Numbered from the whole stretch's first letter, positions 1 to 12,199 are shown. The stretch is 56,254 nucleotides of DNA, filler included, from Sphacelaria rigidula (GCA_964200075.2; 7 parts of 7 records of this genome joined end to end with filler, not necessarily neighbours in it), one strand, 5' to 3'. Numbers and translations: made by a program. Notes: generated by a model from the letters alone, not told the origin.

Positions 1-81
1 GTAGGGATGCGAGGTCAATGGTCTTGATGTCTATGGTATGCATGATCATGAGTACACCCCCCCCCTAACATAGGATGACTC
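1..81 (+). mobile_element. Degenerate end of 'GAGTC-TIR' DNA transposon/MITE family
   Basis: gggatgcgaggtcaatggtc...atgagtac-C(n)-taggatgactc matches the copies at 7886-7951, 14455-14530, 28580-28654, 44896-44961 and 48133-48204. Confidence 0.75.
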
Positions 82-2339
82 TTACGAGATGGACAAGTGC
101 CCCAAAAGCACGTTCAGTGAACGCCCAATGAACCAAAACCCTGTCATGGATTGCCGGTTAGGTTTTGCATGTGTCTGTCCTGCTGGGATTATGATAAACT
201 CAAGCCCATCAAGAGGAGTACCCCCCTCGTTTTTACTCACGATTGCTCGGGCCCGGCGGCATCACTACTGTCCGCTTTTCCCGTGGGCTTGCGAAGCCCA
301 GGAACACCCTCGTCTGTTGTTTTACCCTCTGGTTCACCTGATTTGCAAATCCAAGATTGATCATGCACGCGCAGGGTGAAGGGCAGCAGTGAGTATGAAC
401 GTCATTGCAAAGATTGATGTGAAAAGTGCTGAGGAAACGTTGGTCCCTGCTTTTGTCGCTGACGTCATCATGAATTGAATGCTTGTGCTTCCTTCACGTC
501 ATTTTCATGTACTTCTTCTAATTCTTCAGTACTCTCTCTACAAACGTAGTCAGTGTAACGCTATTTGTTTACGGTCCACAGCGCTTCACTCCTCACAGCA
601 TTGGCTTACTCACCGCCCTGCGGATGCAGCCAGAACATACGAGACGAGAGTAGGGAGGAATGACGACTGGCGGAGGGGGATCACGAGGGTCAACATCTGC
701 CGTTCATGAGCACCTCTTTGTCGTGGCAAGCAAACGCCTCACTTGCTAGATCGACGTGCGTGTACCAAACAGGAGGCACTGGCAGCACAGGGGTGGACTA
801 GGCTGACTTTCTATGATAATCGGGATCAGCTGGTGAAGGATTAGGGCGGATTCATGATTCATTCGGTGTTAGAGACCGCTGTATGTTGAATTCTCCTCTT
901 CAGGCTGTACTATAGGCATCCACCGCGTGAAAAAATACCACCTTGTGCTTCTCCAAACCCACCACGCTGTGTATTGGTATGATATGTCTAGACACACGCG
1001 TGGCAGAGCTTTTAAAGAGTCACGAGCCGTAAGACTCTCCGCCGGTATCGAATCGCGCACATCCCGCTCTGGGAGGGCCGTGGTGCACAGCTCTACGCGT
1101 ACTCAGCGGGTACATGCGGAAGCAGATGTGGGTAGACTGATGTTATCAAACTGACCTGGTGGGGGTACCGTTTCTTGCTCCCTCGTTAACCATGATATCC
1201 TCCCTCACCATGCGATGGAATGACTAGTGTACACCATCAGCGCCGTGTTGCATAAAAATAGCAATCGATACGGGCATGCAGGGATGGGACTATGTATGCT
1301 TCATGTTGCTGGCCTGGGTGTTGGGTGTGTAGCTTATCTGCGACACCAGACCCAGGTGTGTTTGGAAGTATCAAGTTGATATTTCGGCATTTACAATGCT
1401 GTCAAACACAAGGATTGGGAGGAGTTCCAGTGAAATACGGGTACGAAGCACGAATACGTACGTCGGCGGGCACGTTTGTGTTCAGCGAATTGAAGGCAAA
1501 TTGCTATTCCTCGAACAGGGGTTATGTCAGCTTCTCCTCTTTCGTCTTCATGTAATACGTTCTTCATTTGTTGTCGAGCAGAAACTAACCGTCATCCTTT
1601 TGATTTGACAGCAGCAGGAGCTGGGTTGATGTCAGGGTATGACGTTGGATACTCTGCAATGGAAAGGCATTCTGTGTTTTAGGCGGGTACTCTCACTTGA
1701 TATCCATGAGTTCATCAAGCGCTATCTTGTTTTACGCGATTGATTACCCATTTGCAGTATATCTAGTATCCCTTGGTAAATTCGGTTTGTCGCAAAAATG
1801 TGCATCTTCGCTATAATTGTTTATTTTAATTCGAGCAGTGTTTCCTCGTGATCGCTCTGATCAACCTGTCTATGACAGTTTTCCTTTGCCTATAGGTCTT
1901 CTGTTTCATTTACTAGTTCATTGGTAGCCATTGGTTTTTGATCAAACTGAATTGAAGTGCGTAACAAGCCGTATCTTCTGTAGACTTTCCGCAGAGGAAT
2001 TTCGATTTCACGGGAAAACGAGAAGGGCCTATGAGACTTTGACTCATTGCGTCTGGCAGGGTTATTATAGCAGCATTTGTGAAAGAAACAGAATATCACA
2101 TTCTCCTATGATTGTTCAAGCGGTGGTTCGAATGCGAGACGTCAACGCGTCAAGAATTACTCAAAAGGGAAGACGTACGTGATGTATGATACCAATTTAA
2201 TTATATGTTATGTATATTTGTCAAGTTCTGGGCCCAACCCTGATTGTACGGGATGGAAATCATGAGTTTATGATAAAAGGATATAAGTAATTACGTATGC
2301 GCTTACACATGAGTGAAAGCTTTTAAGTTTACGACTGAT

Positions 2340-3081
2340 ACAATCATCATCACTACTTATATTATTACCATGAGCATTATGGCTATTGATAATGAGATTA
2401 GCATCGTAATGATTACTATTATACTACACTAGTACCATAATCATTATTGAAATTTTATTGCTATTACTATTATTGATCGTATTGTTTTTACTACCAGTAT
2501 TATTGGTGTCATTGATACTATTGTAATATTTCGTTAGCATCACTGCTATTAATTTTATCGCTGTCATCATTGCTCGGCATTGCCCTTATCATTAGAGCAA
2601 TGCTACGGTACCGCCCCCCAAAAGAAAAAAAGTGACTGGTTTTGGGAGGCAAAACCTACCGGCGAATCGAAGTGGAAAAAGCCGAGCACAACGAGCAGCT
2701 GGGAATTCCCACCTTTGGGATCGTTTTCGTCAATGCCGACCTTGTGAGGCGCTTCGGGTAGCCTGAAACCAAACATCATGCGCTGTATGGCTATTTTCTT
2801 CGTGACACTTTTGGGCTTGTTTGGGGGGGTCTATCATAGCATTAGTGATTATCATTATTATCGTTATAATCATAGTGACCATCATCATCATTATTATTTC
2901 TCATAGTTTATCTTTGTTGTTATTACCATTGTTGTTGTATTCGTTGTTGTTTTGTTGTTGTTATTATTATTCTTGTTACTGTTGTAATTGTAATTGTTAT
3001 TGTTATTGTAATTGTTATTAATAATATTAGTATCAATAGTACCATTTGTACTATTTATTTACTATCATTATCACTATTCAT

Positions 3082-3112
<31 letters not shown>

Positions 3113-3120
3113 GCATCATT
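2340..3120. repeat. AT-rich low-complexity tract (ATT/TTG/ATC trinucleotide mosaic) ending in (CAT)n
   Basis: Visible degenerate trinucleotide runs; (ATC)n at about 3082-3112; interrupted by a MITE at 2599-2843. Confidence 0.85.
2599..2843 (+). mobile_element. MITE, 'GACAC-TIR' family (degenerate copy)
   Basis: Ends aatgctacggtac-C(n) / G(n)-tctatcatagcatt; internal ggttttgggaggcaaaacctac and gcgctgtatggc shared with 4152-4299 and, inverted, with 24871-25118. Confidence 0.75.
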
Positions 3121-4151
3121 CGTAACCTCCTGTTGCTTAGGTTCGAAACAACCCCAGCATTCAGAATATGTAAAGTTAAAAGATCACGATAATTGTCCCA
3201 TATGCTTTCACAAAAGTACACAGCACACATGGTGCCGAAAATGCATACCTGGGGATGCAAGCATTATACGCACATCGTTTGACACCGTTCGTGTTAACCA
3301 AACACGGAACCCAGAGGCACTCGATGGCAGCATCTTGTATTCTCATGGAGTTAGGCTATCTGTAGCCGTGCGCGCGTTTCAAAGTGGGTGCTTGTACGTG
3401 TATACAAAGTATTCATCTCGTGGCCTGACTCTTCCCGAGCTCCGGCAAGTTTTGAGTTGTTCGTAGTGTCATGAAAGTCGAAAACGACATAGTTGTGGTT
3501 CTGGGCAGTGGGCCTAAATACAGCACTTCTATATTATCCCATTTCGGTGTGTGATTGATATTCGGCCGAAATATGCCCTTACGAGCCTACCGAGATCTAG
3601 GGCACTGGCGGAAACAACAACCTGGACCTTCCTTTTGCCTACTCAAATTCCTCTCATTTTCCCCTCATATTAATTCTTCTCTTCTTGTCAAATTACTCCG
3701 ATCAAACTCCACTTTTTACAGCTCTCCCTATTGTTGAGTTATCTCTGGTATGGGTTTCTCTACAAGCTAGGCCAGCCTAGAAAAGGATCTGCAGGTTGTA
3801 GGCACATTCTCACGTCAATTTTGAGAGTTGGAATTTCACATTTGGTATGGAGAATGAACAGGGCATACTAATAAAAATGCGTCTGGACAGCAAGAGTTTC
3901 TTTTTGCATGGGCTAACGGACATTATACTGAAGACTGGATCTTGATCATTGCCTTTACCTCGTGAAGAAAAACCCATCTTGTTGTCCCGACGTAAGTTTT
4001 TTTTTTATGCCCTGTTCATTCTTCATGCCCATTGTGAGCGTTCAAGTCTTGAAAATTGAGGTGAGGATGGGCGACTTTGAACACGGGCCGGTCGAATGAT
4101 AGAACAGTATTTTCGCAGGCCATTTGCCGGCCCAGGTTTGGTAGTTGTGCT

Positions 4152-4299
4152 GACACTTTCTACGATAGTCCCCCCCCCAAAAGTGCATGGTTTTGGGAGG
4201 CAAAACCTACACGTAAATCGNNNNNNNNNNGGCGCTGTATGGCCATTTTTTCGTGACACTTTTAGCTGGTTTTTGGGGGGGGCTATCGTAGAAAGTGTC
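4152..4299 (+). mobile_element. MITE, 'GACAC-TIR' family with 4-bp TSD
   Basis: TIRs gacactttctacgatag-C(n) / G(n)-ctatcgtagaaagtgtc; TGCT on both sides (4148-4151, 4300-4303); internal 10-N gap. Confidence 0.85.
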
Positions 4300-4584
4300 T
4301 GCTTTGAAATTTAGGGTGGAAAATTGGTAGGGCATTATGAACAAATAAAAGGGGGCAATGAGATTTTTTCCATGGGTTGAGCACGTTTTAGTATGGTGAA
4401 TAGTATGTTTTCACGAGATCGACGTCGACTCACCAATGGAAAAATGGAGGCGAACTTTTTTTTTGGTATTTTCAGCATGCCCTTGCGATTCACCATACTC
4501 ATTTTCAGATCGCAATTCTAAAAGTGAGCTGAGAAACTGCGATAAGATCCAAAACTAGTGGCCAGTTGTCACTCAAACGCTCCT

Positions 4585-4800
4585 AAGGCCGCTTCTTATA
4601 TATAAAAAATAAATAGAAGAGTGTTTTTTTTAAGTTTGTAAGTCGTTTTACGCCCTAAAAGAGAGCTAGGTGGATTATGACACCTTGGAATGACTTGCGG
4701 TACTCGTTGAGACGGTTCCAGCACACCTGTGCGTTTTTCTGGTGACCGCAGTTTCATTCTTACCGAAACTTGCGTTTTCGTCGGAGATCGAAAGCGTTTT
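4585..4800 (+). mobile_element. One arm of a foldback/Tourist-like element family
   Basis: taaggccgc...gtcgttttacgccc...gagacggttccagcacacctgt shared with both arms of 32296-32798 and, inverted, with 48305-48432. Confidence 0.65.
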
Positions 4801-5799
4801 TCAGGCTGGCCCAGCTCGTACCGTTGGTACGTCTGTCTTATGAACACGGCCGAATTGCTCTCGTCGCGGATCAGTTAGTGTGCTACATTAAATCAAGAAA
4901 TCGTTATATCAACTACTTCACCCTAGATCGAATCGATCCGGACTCATTTGTCGAGCATCTGTCACGAGACTCCTTGTCGATACCAATACGTGTGGAGCAA
5001 TGTCAATGCGTTTGACACTGCTTTTTTCCGATGTACCTTTGGTTTTACAAACTAACTGACAAACAAAACATCGTCGCGCTAAACAAAGGTGATGTACGAG
5101 CTGGACCAGCCAGCATTCCTTCGCCAACTTTTTCAGCTTCCCGAATCAACCCGAGATGAGTACATCGCTGTGAACTACAGACAAACCTGCTGATGCACGC
5201 TCTGCCGCTGAAAACAAAATGCAAAAATGTAAGGTTCACTTCAAGATCTCTCCTTCAGCTTGGTATCGTCTATCACGGTATCCGGCCAACATGGTAATGC
5301 GCAGTGAGTTTTGGAAGGTAACTGGCCATCCGGCACTCATCGGTACGGTCTCTAGCCACCTTGGTAACGTAAGGTGTTCTGTTTTCTGTGTATTTATTTC
5401 TTCGGCATGTGTCGATCCAGGGATATGAGGTATGCCTGGAAATCCACACAGCACGAATCGTAAGTGGACCTGTCGGTTATATAAACCAAATATTACAAGC
5501 TTAGCCTACAGAACACAGGCAGACTTTCGCAGCTAAAAGAAGGAGGACGACGAAGTCAATCCAGAGCTACGCCCAGCAATGTCAACCACTTGTTGAGCGA
5601 CCGGAAAACGTGAAAGATAATGTCATCTTCTTCAAGGCAGAAGTCAGAATAGAAACGGAAACAATGAATATATATATAATCAAGGCCGACGGGATGTCGG
5701 CAAACACACTATTAATACATGATTAACAATAGCTACAGTAGTACAGTAGCTAAATAGCGTAGAAATCAGCTATCGGTAGAGAAGTCTAATAGTGGTCCA

Positions 5800-6250
5800 C
5801 ACAGTTGCATAAACCACGAAGCTTCGATACTTGGGTGGCCTCGTAAATGAAAAAAGATGATGAACTCACACGAGAGATCAATAACCGGAGCAGAGCAGCG
5901 TGGACGTGCATCAGAAGTTTTCCCGGGAGCTCTTCGACCGAACGAAATCGCCGTGGAGACTCAAGGTCCGACTGCGAAAGGCGGAGACCATGGAGGCCCT
6001 GATGTACGGATGCACGACTCGGGCCCCGCGCCGCGAGCACCACCTGTCGGTGAGGACGGTGCACAACCGGCTCCTCCTGCGAGTTTTCGGGTGCCACCGC
6101 GTGCGTGGCACATATCGAGAGTTACCGTACGCCCAGCCCCTCGAGAAGACGGGGGGCCAAAGTGCTGAAGCCATCGTCCGGCAACGACAACTGCTGTTCG
6201 TTGGAACCCTGGCTAGACAACCGGGCGGACGACTACCAAAGCGGCTGGCA
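5800..6250 (+). mobile_element. Non-LTR retrotransposon (RTE-like LINE) fragment, region C-terminal to RT
   Basis: Frameshifted translation ELTREINNRSRAAW...LKVRLRKAETMEALMYGCTT...LLLRVFG...IVRQRQLLFVGTLARQPGGRLPKRL, typical of the RTE-clade post-RT region. Confidence 0.85.
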
Positions 6251-7094
6251 TTAGGAGCAGTCGTGCAGAGAAGTATCCAGGACGAATTAAATATCGTCGA
6301 ACGGAACACTAGTACATGTGTACGCGGATTGATTCGGGTACATGCGGTGCAGATTGATGACATATCGTGGGTACCGGATTTCGTCTACGGCAACGGGTTG
6401 TGTTATGACTGGATGTGTGACATATGAGGCAACCCAGCATGCGGTCCTATCTCCCATACTCAGCTGTGTTTTTGGTGTACTTCGGTCATTGCTTTTCGGG
6501 TGGAGAAAGCAGCTCGGGTGGAGCTCGCACGGTTGATGTTTGGCGAGTGAAGGTTATAAGAGTTCAATACAAGAAGAGGGTATACACATCCCCCTGTCCA
6601 GAGCGCGTCCTCTACGAGACAATCCCGTTATCAATTACGCTAGCAATTTTGAAACGGGTTGAGTGCTGCCGATGGGTTGGAGCAGGGAAGTGATGCCGGT
6701 GGAGTGGAGCACGTATGAGGCGCCGGTTCGATGGAGGTGGGGGGGCGTGACCATCGAAGAATGCAAAAAGTCGGAGATGGACTTTGGAGGATATTATACT
6801 CCGAATGTGGACTGTCAAGTGTTCATTTGTAGACCACTTCAGCTTTATAGTAGATTCATGCATCGGATATTTTGATTTTGAGTAAAAGCGCAGCAATGTG
6901 ACTACTGTCCGAATGGAGTGATTTGACTAGTGGGCATCATATCTGCAACGGCGATTGGAATGCTCGACAAGGATTTGTTTTATCTTGCATGGAGATATTA
7001 CGCTTCGTAGCGTACCATGTATTTCACCGCAGTTCGATTTGAGTTCGATTGTTGTGGTTCACTCTCGGTTTTTCATATTATCACCGAGATGACG

Positions 7095-7178
7095 ACATGA
7101 TGGGAATTCTCCCTTCATGTGAGTTTGATTTTCACATGATGGGAATTCTCCCTTCATGTGAGTTTGATTTTCACATGA
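7095..7178. repeat. 39-bp tandem duplication (2 copies)
   Basis: acatgatgggaattctcccttcatgtgagtttgattttc repeated twice. Confidence 0.9.
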
Positions 7179-7885
7179 AACTCGAAAATTTCCAAGCATG
7201 TGCTGTCGCCAAGAAAAAGGTCAAAGGGTCGATCGATATGACAACATTAATCTTTTTTGGACCATGACATATGGCGGGTTGTATTTGGTTTATTGTCCTT
7301 GGCTTTTCGCACTATGAAATTGGCGATGAGCACATCAAATCAGCACGTACGTCTACGGACCTTATCGAAACACCGATGTGGAACCGTTACGTAGATCCCC
7401 TCCTGCAAACTGACTAGATGCGCCCCTGTAAGGATACATGTCAATGTTGCGGCTTTTGATTTCATAAAGATACTGGGTATACCGGGGCCGATTGCCAACC
7501 CATATATTTGATGCGCACCTGTGAGAAGCTTGTTACAAACGCGTCCGGTGTGCTCAGATGATTTTGTTTGACGAAATCCTCACAATACGGGCGTATGCGT
7601 TAAAACCGTCGCCCTCAACTTCGCGATTCGCGCGGTTCAAACAACCACCCCGGATTTGATATTGTAATCACGGTAGTGATCACAACAATCTCAACCCACA
7701 GTGCAATCAGTCGTATTTTTAGGCTTGGGCGAAAAGGCTTTCGGCCCAAGCCTACCCATATTTCATTCTGGCGCTTTTCACCCGTATGAACAGGATCAAT
7801 CACAAGACGGCACACGCCCCCTTGTGATTGGACTTGCACAACGGTTGAGCCCTAACACGTTGATTTCTGTCCCTCCATTGCTACA

Positions 7886-7951
7886 GTGCTCCGTCTCGAA
7901 AGGGATGCGTGGTCAATGGCCAAACGATCAAGGCAAGCAACAAATGAGTAC
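7886..7951 (+). mobile_element. 'GAGTC-TIR' family subterminal arm, cut by contig end
   Basis: gtgctccgtctcgaaagggatgcgtggtcaatgg...gcaagcaacaaatgagtac. Confidence 0.8.
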
Positions 7952-8051
7952 NNNNNNNNNNNNNNNNNNNNNNNNNNNNNNNNNNNNNNNNNNNNTTAAT
8001 TAATTAANNNNNNNNNNNNNNNNNNNNNNNNNNNNNNNNNNNNNNNNNNNN
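7952..8051. other. Artificial contig spacer (44N-TTAATTAATTAA-44N)
   Basis: Six-frame stop linker at 7996-8007 inside Ns; the same 100-bp spacer recurs every 8050-8051 bp. Confidence 0.97.
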
Positions 8052-8478
8052 GTCATCCTACGATAGGGGGGGGGGGGGGGGTATTTGGTTGCACGAAAAC
8101 AGAGGCTCATAGGTGTGTCAGACGACCTGCCACACTTGCGTTGCGCTTGTATTTGGTTTCAAACGGTATCAGGCAGTATGGATGGGCGTAATGAATCCAC
8201 AACAAGCTCGTTCGAACAACCGTTGCTGCTTTCAACGACGACTTGCCTCGGAATTTCGTGCAAGAAGTAGCCCAAAATACCCCCCCCCCCCCCCCCCCCA
8301 GGAGAGCTCCAAAATAACATTTCTCCGTTTTGTTTTTTTTTTTTTTCCTCTTATTTTATAAATTACACTTAANNNNNNNNNNAAACCCGTTGCTGTTTTA
8401 ACCCACCTCCTCCCTCGGAATTTTGTGCAAGAAGTAGCCCAAAATTCCCCCCCCCCCCCCCCTATCGTAGGATGACTC
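8052..8478. mobile_element. MITE with GAGTCATCCTACGATAG-G(n) terminal inverted repeats
   Basis: gtcatcctacgatag-G(n) at the contig start and C(n)-tatcgtaggatgactc ending at 8478; interior matches the copy at 25715-25955; 8220-8300 and 8385-8460 are duplicated around a 10-N gap (probable assembly overlap). Confidence 0.8.
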
Positions 8479-8999
8479 GAAGATACTTTCGCTCTGTGTT
8501 ACTCTTTCGTATCTTCCCTTTAATAGACAAATGCGACTTGAACCTCTTTTTTTGTGTCATTCCCAAAAATTAGGATCCGCTGTTAGCTGGTATCCATGGC
8601 GCAACTCGTGCCTACCCCCCTCCAACGCGTTTTTGCGAGAAGGTTCCATGAGAAGAATACAATAGCGCCGCTGCAATTGGCTGCAGCGATCAAGAAGCAT
8701 GAAGGGCATGGGGCGGGCGCTGAGATAGAGCTAACCCAGACGTCCGCGGCCGTGGCGAAGGCTGTCGCCATGAACCACAAGGGGAAGACCATGCGTGAGA
8801 GGGTGGAGCCAATCATCGGAAAGTTATAGACATTTGTTTCGGAAAATCCCAACGTCGAGATGGTTTATCGTTCTCCTACGATGGGAAATTCCGTCCAGGG
8901 CCCGCTGCGGTGATCACGAAAGCGAAGATGGAGGGTCTGGCCCCGGCGGAATTCAAACAGGCCGTGCTTGTGTAATTACAGCACGAAACCCAGTGGAAG

Positions 9000-11321
9000 T
9001 TGGACCCGTACTTCATTATGGATACTGTGGTGGCTGAGGCTCAGGTATGGCGGAAGGTTGAAGTATTCGAGAAATCATCCACTTCATCGCCGCAGTCTTT
9101 GAGCTCGCGTAACCACGGATCAAAATCCGCAGGCAGTGCCGCCGCCAGTATCACTTGTTTTCAGTGTGGCCAGGTAGGCCACCACGCACGTAAGTGCCCA
9201 ACGCCTTCCGAGGGGGAGTCTGGGCAGACAAGTGCCGCGCGCCCTCGCAATCACAAAGGAGGAAAAGGTAATCGGGGTGGTGGCGGAGGCGGATCCTCCA
9301 GCGGTGGAGGTGTGCAGTCGATTTCCCAGTCCCAGCAGCAGCAGCAGCAGCAGCATGGGCAGCGGCGTCAGCAGGGGCCCGGTTCTGGGTCCGGCTCAGC
9401 CACAGGAACTACTGCTACGCAAAAGACGGGGGAGGTGGGACCGACCACTCAAGCGTCAGGCTCGGTACCGGCGCCGCCGGCAGCAGAGCAAGGCGAGACG
9501 CCTGCTGCTGAGCCGGCCGGATTTCAGCTGAGATTTGGATCCGCTGCTGCGTCGGCCGGAGTACCGCTGCAATTTGGTTCTACGGGCGGGGCTTCGTACC
9601 CGCCGGCGGTGCCGTTTGCCCCAGCGGGGGCGTCTATGCCTGCGCCGCACGCGCAGCCGTGGCGCCAAGTGGGGATCACGACAAATCAGTCGGCGGAGCA
9701 GGTGCCAGTCGAGTATCAAGAAAAATATGTTCCTGCAGAGATATATCTCTCAAATCAACGGGCGTGGGGAGCCATATCGGTCAACGCTGTGTTGGATTCA
9801 GGCGCCTATTTCACAAGCGTGTCGGTGCTGGTTGTGGGAATGCTGGAGCGTCTACTCCCTGATGAGCAAGTCCGCATTCCGTTCTCGCTCGGGGCGCGGC
9901 AGGCCATCACCGCATCGTGGCAACGTTTAAATGTCATGGAGCGTACGATTCCCCTACAGTTGGCGTTCAGGACTACCTGGGGGCCAGCGAAATTACCCCC
10001 GACATGGTTTGCGACCATGCCGGGGACGGATGGTGTCGTTCTGTTGGGCTTACCGACGCTTCGGGAACTCGGAGTCGACCCATACGATCGGCTGCTAGAG
10101 TCCCTAAAAACGCGAATGCCGTCGCCCGGTTCGAGTGTCGAGACGTCTGCCTTTTTGGGCAGTCGTCGCGTGAGCTTGTCGGTGGATGCTTTTCAGGAGA
10201 CTGGGAGGCAGGTGACCGAGGAGCGGGATGCGGCGGTGGAACGCTCAGTAGAGCGCGGCCCGGATATGTTCATAGACCGGGCGGAAGAGGAGTCAGCTCG
10301 GGAGGTCGCGCTGGAGGAGAGCGTGACGGGTGCTGTAGCGAAAGGCCTCAGCGTCTCAAAAGCGGAGCGCCTGCGCGGCATATTCCATTGCCGCGTCAAC
10401 GCGTTTCGTCGTGCGCTGAGGGGTGATCCCCCTGCGCGCGTGGAGCCCATGCGTGTTCAGCTAAAACCTGGGGCGTCTGCGGCGAAGACGAAGCCGCAGC
10501 GGTACGATCCAGTGAAGTCGAGTTGGTTGGCATTGTGCATGGCGGCTATTTTGGCGCTCGGGTTGGTGTCACGGAATTTGCAGGCGGGGTGGTCCAGTCC
10601 GGATATGGCGTTTCCAAAGAAGGCTGCATCGTGGACGGAGGGCAGGCTGCAGGCGTGGGCGGCCGCGAAGGATCTGGTGGCTCATGCCGTGACGCTGCTT
10701 CATCCTCGTCCTGATTGCCAGGTGTCAATGTTTTCGGATGCATCTGAGTGCCATTGGGGTAGTTTGGTCATGCAGGTATCTACAGTTGAAATTGAAATGC
10801 CTGTGCGCGGTGTCGCTGTGTATGGTCCGTGTGAACCTGATGACACGATGCCGTCCAAATCTGTTGTCCACCAAGCGCAACGAATAGATCTTGGGGCCGA
10901 AGATGCGGATGTGCAATCTTTCGAGTCGGACGTTGATACTGCTATCTTGAACGATGAAGGTTTGTTTCGTGTGCATGTGCGTGGCCGAAACGTTTTGTGG
11001 ATTCCGAGTTATGACAAGCAGTTGCAGGTACGTCTGATGATTCGTGCGCACATGCACGACGCGGGGCATCATGGTGTGGCTACGACGCTCGTGCGCTTGC
11101 AAGAGTTCTGTGTCTGGCAGGGGATAGAAACTCATATGCGCGAATTTATCCGACAGTGTCTTCACTGTGCTGACTCGACGGCGGGCGATGTTGTTCCCCG
11201 CCCGCTCGGCGAAACGGTCCATGGGATCACGCCGAATGAAGTCGTTCATTTTAACTTGTACGTGGGCGAGAGTGGCCAGTTAGCTTCCCAAGGTTTGTCG
11301 GAGGATGCTGATCATGAATGA
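9000..11321 (+). CDS. Gag-pol remnant ORF (773 aa): zinc knuckle, protease, deleted RT/RNase H, integrase zinc finger
   Basis: Longest ORF in the window, carrying the motifs listed for the element; no YxDD RT motif. Confidence 0.7.
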   Translation: MDPYFIMDTVVAEAQVWRKVEVFEKSSTSSPQSLSSRNHGSKSAGSAAASITCFQCGQVGHHARKCPTPSEGESGQTSAARPRNHKGGKGNRGGGGGGSSSGGGVQSISQSQQQQQQQHGQRRQQGPGSGSGSATGTTATQKTGEVGPTTQASGSVPAPPAAEQGETPAAEPAGFQLRFGSAAASAGVPLQFGSTGGASYPPAVPFAPAGASMPAPHAQPWRQVGITTNQSAEQVPVEYQEKYVPAEIYLSNQRAWGAISVNAVLDSGAYFTSVSVLVVGMLERLLPDEQVRIPFSLGARQAITASWQRLNVMERTIPLQLAFRTTWGPAKLPPTWFATMPGTDGVVLLGLPTLRELGVDPYDRLLESLKTRMPSPGSSVETSAFLGSRRVSLSVDAFQETGRQVTEERDAAVERSVERGPDMFIDRAEEESAREVALEESVTGAVAKGLSVSKAERLRGIFHCRVNAFRRALRGDPPARVEPMRVQLKPGASAAKTKPQRYDPVKSSWLALCMAAILALGLVSRNLQAGWSSPDMAFPKKAASWTEGRLQAWAAAKDLVAHAVTLLHPRPDCQVSMFSDASECHWGSLVMQVSTVEIEMPVRGVAVYGPCEPDDTMPSKSVVHQAQRIDLGAEDADVQSFESDVDTAILNDEGLFRVHVRGRNVLWIPSYDKQLQVRLMIRAHMHDAGHHGVATTLVRLQEFCVWQGIETHMREFIRQCLHCADSTAGDVVPRPLGETVHGITPNEVVHFNLYVGESGQLASQGLSEDADHE

Positions 11322-11939
11322 TTTGAGCAACTTTGTGGCCCTGGAACCAGTAGCAGCGTGTACTGCTGAATCGATCGCTGCATCTTTGCTGAATTGGTGC
11401 GAACCCTTGAGAGTGCCGCGTGTGTGGGTGAGTGATACCGCCACGCATTTCAAGAATGCGATCTTGGCCCGATTGTGAGAGGCTTTGCGCGTTGATCACC
11501 AGTTTGCGGTAGTGTATTCTCCGCGGTCTAACGGTACGTACGAACCCATGGTCAAGGAAGTAGTTCGTGCTCTTCGCTCCATGCTTCTCGAGCAGCGTAG
11601 AGCGATTTCCCAGTGAGTGGACATGTTGCCGGCGGTGCAATGGGCGCTAAATACAGCATATCGTCGTTGGTGCGATAGTACGCCGTATCACGTGATATTT
11701 GGTCGTGCACCTCGCACATCTTTCTCGGTGTTGGCGTCCTCATAGGCGGGGGAGTAGAACTGTGATGTCGTAAACGAAGCGCAACTGAAGCGTGCGTTGC
11801 AAGGAGTTTTGGAGTTACAGGAAAGTTTCCACGTTCAAGTGCAGGAGCGTGTTGCCGCTGAGCATGCGCGTAGACGTGAGGGGTTTTCGTTGGGGCTAGA
11901 ATTGCCGAATTTTGAGGTGGGCGATTATATTTTGTACAC

Positions 11940-12199
11940 ATGCGTGCGTCGCCCGGGAGTTACGCCTAAATTGATGCCGACATGGACTGGTCCGTGGAGA
12001 GTGGTTGGTGCTCATCACCCGCATGTGTTTGAGATCCAAAACATTGTTTCGGGTCGTGGATTATGTGTTGTATGCACGCGTACGTGCGTCGCCCGGGAGT
12101 TGAGCCTAAAGTGATGGCGACGTGGACTGGGCGGTGGAGAGTGGTTGGTGCTCATCACCCGCATGTGTTTGAGGTTCAGAACATTGTTTTGGGTCGTGT
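11940..12199 (+). repeat. ~118-bp tandem duplication within the gypsy integrase C-terminal region
   Basis: tgcgtcgcccgggagtt...tggactgg...gagagtggttggtgctcatcacccgcatgtgtttgag...aacattgttt.gggtcgtg at ~11940-12058 and ~12082-12199. Confidence 0.9.

Noticed and set aside
2821-3260. Hydrophobic/Cys-rich and poly-Met short ORFs
   Set aside because: Translations of low-complexity microsatellite DNA
7996-8007. Periodic TTAATTAATTAA motif as a biological repeat
   Set aside because: Always embedded in 44+44 Ns; a standard six-frame stop linker
8385-8460. Tandem duplication inside the MITE
   Set aside because: Flanks a 10-N gap with low-quality homopolymer sequence; probable unmerged read overlap
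8588-8600. TGGTATCC as the gypsy primer-binding site, with LTRs at 8479-8585 and 12600-12970
   Set aside because: Only a partial match to the tRNA-iMet PBS, and the two flanks do not resemble each other
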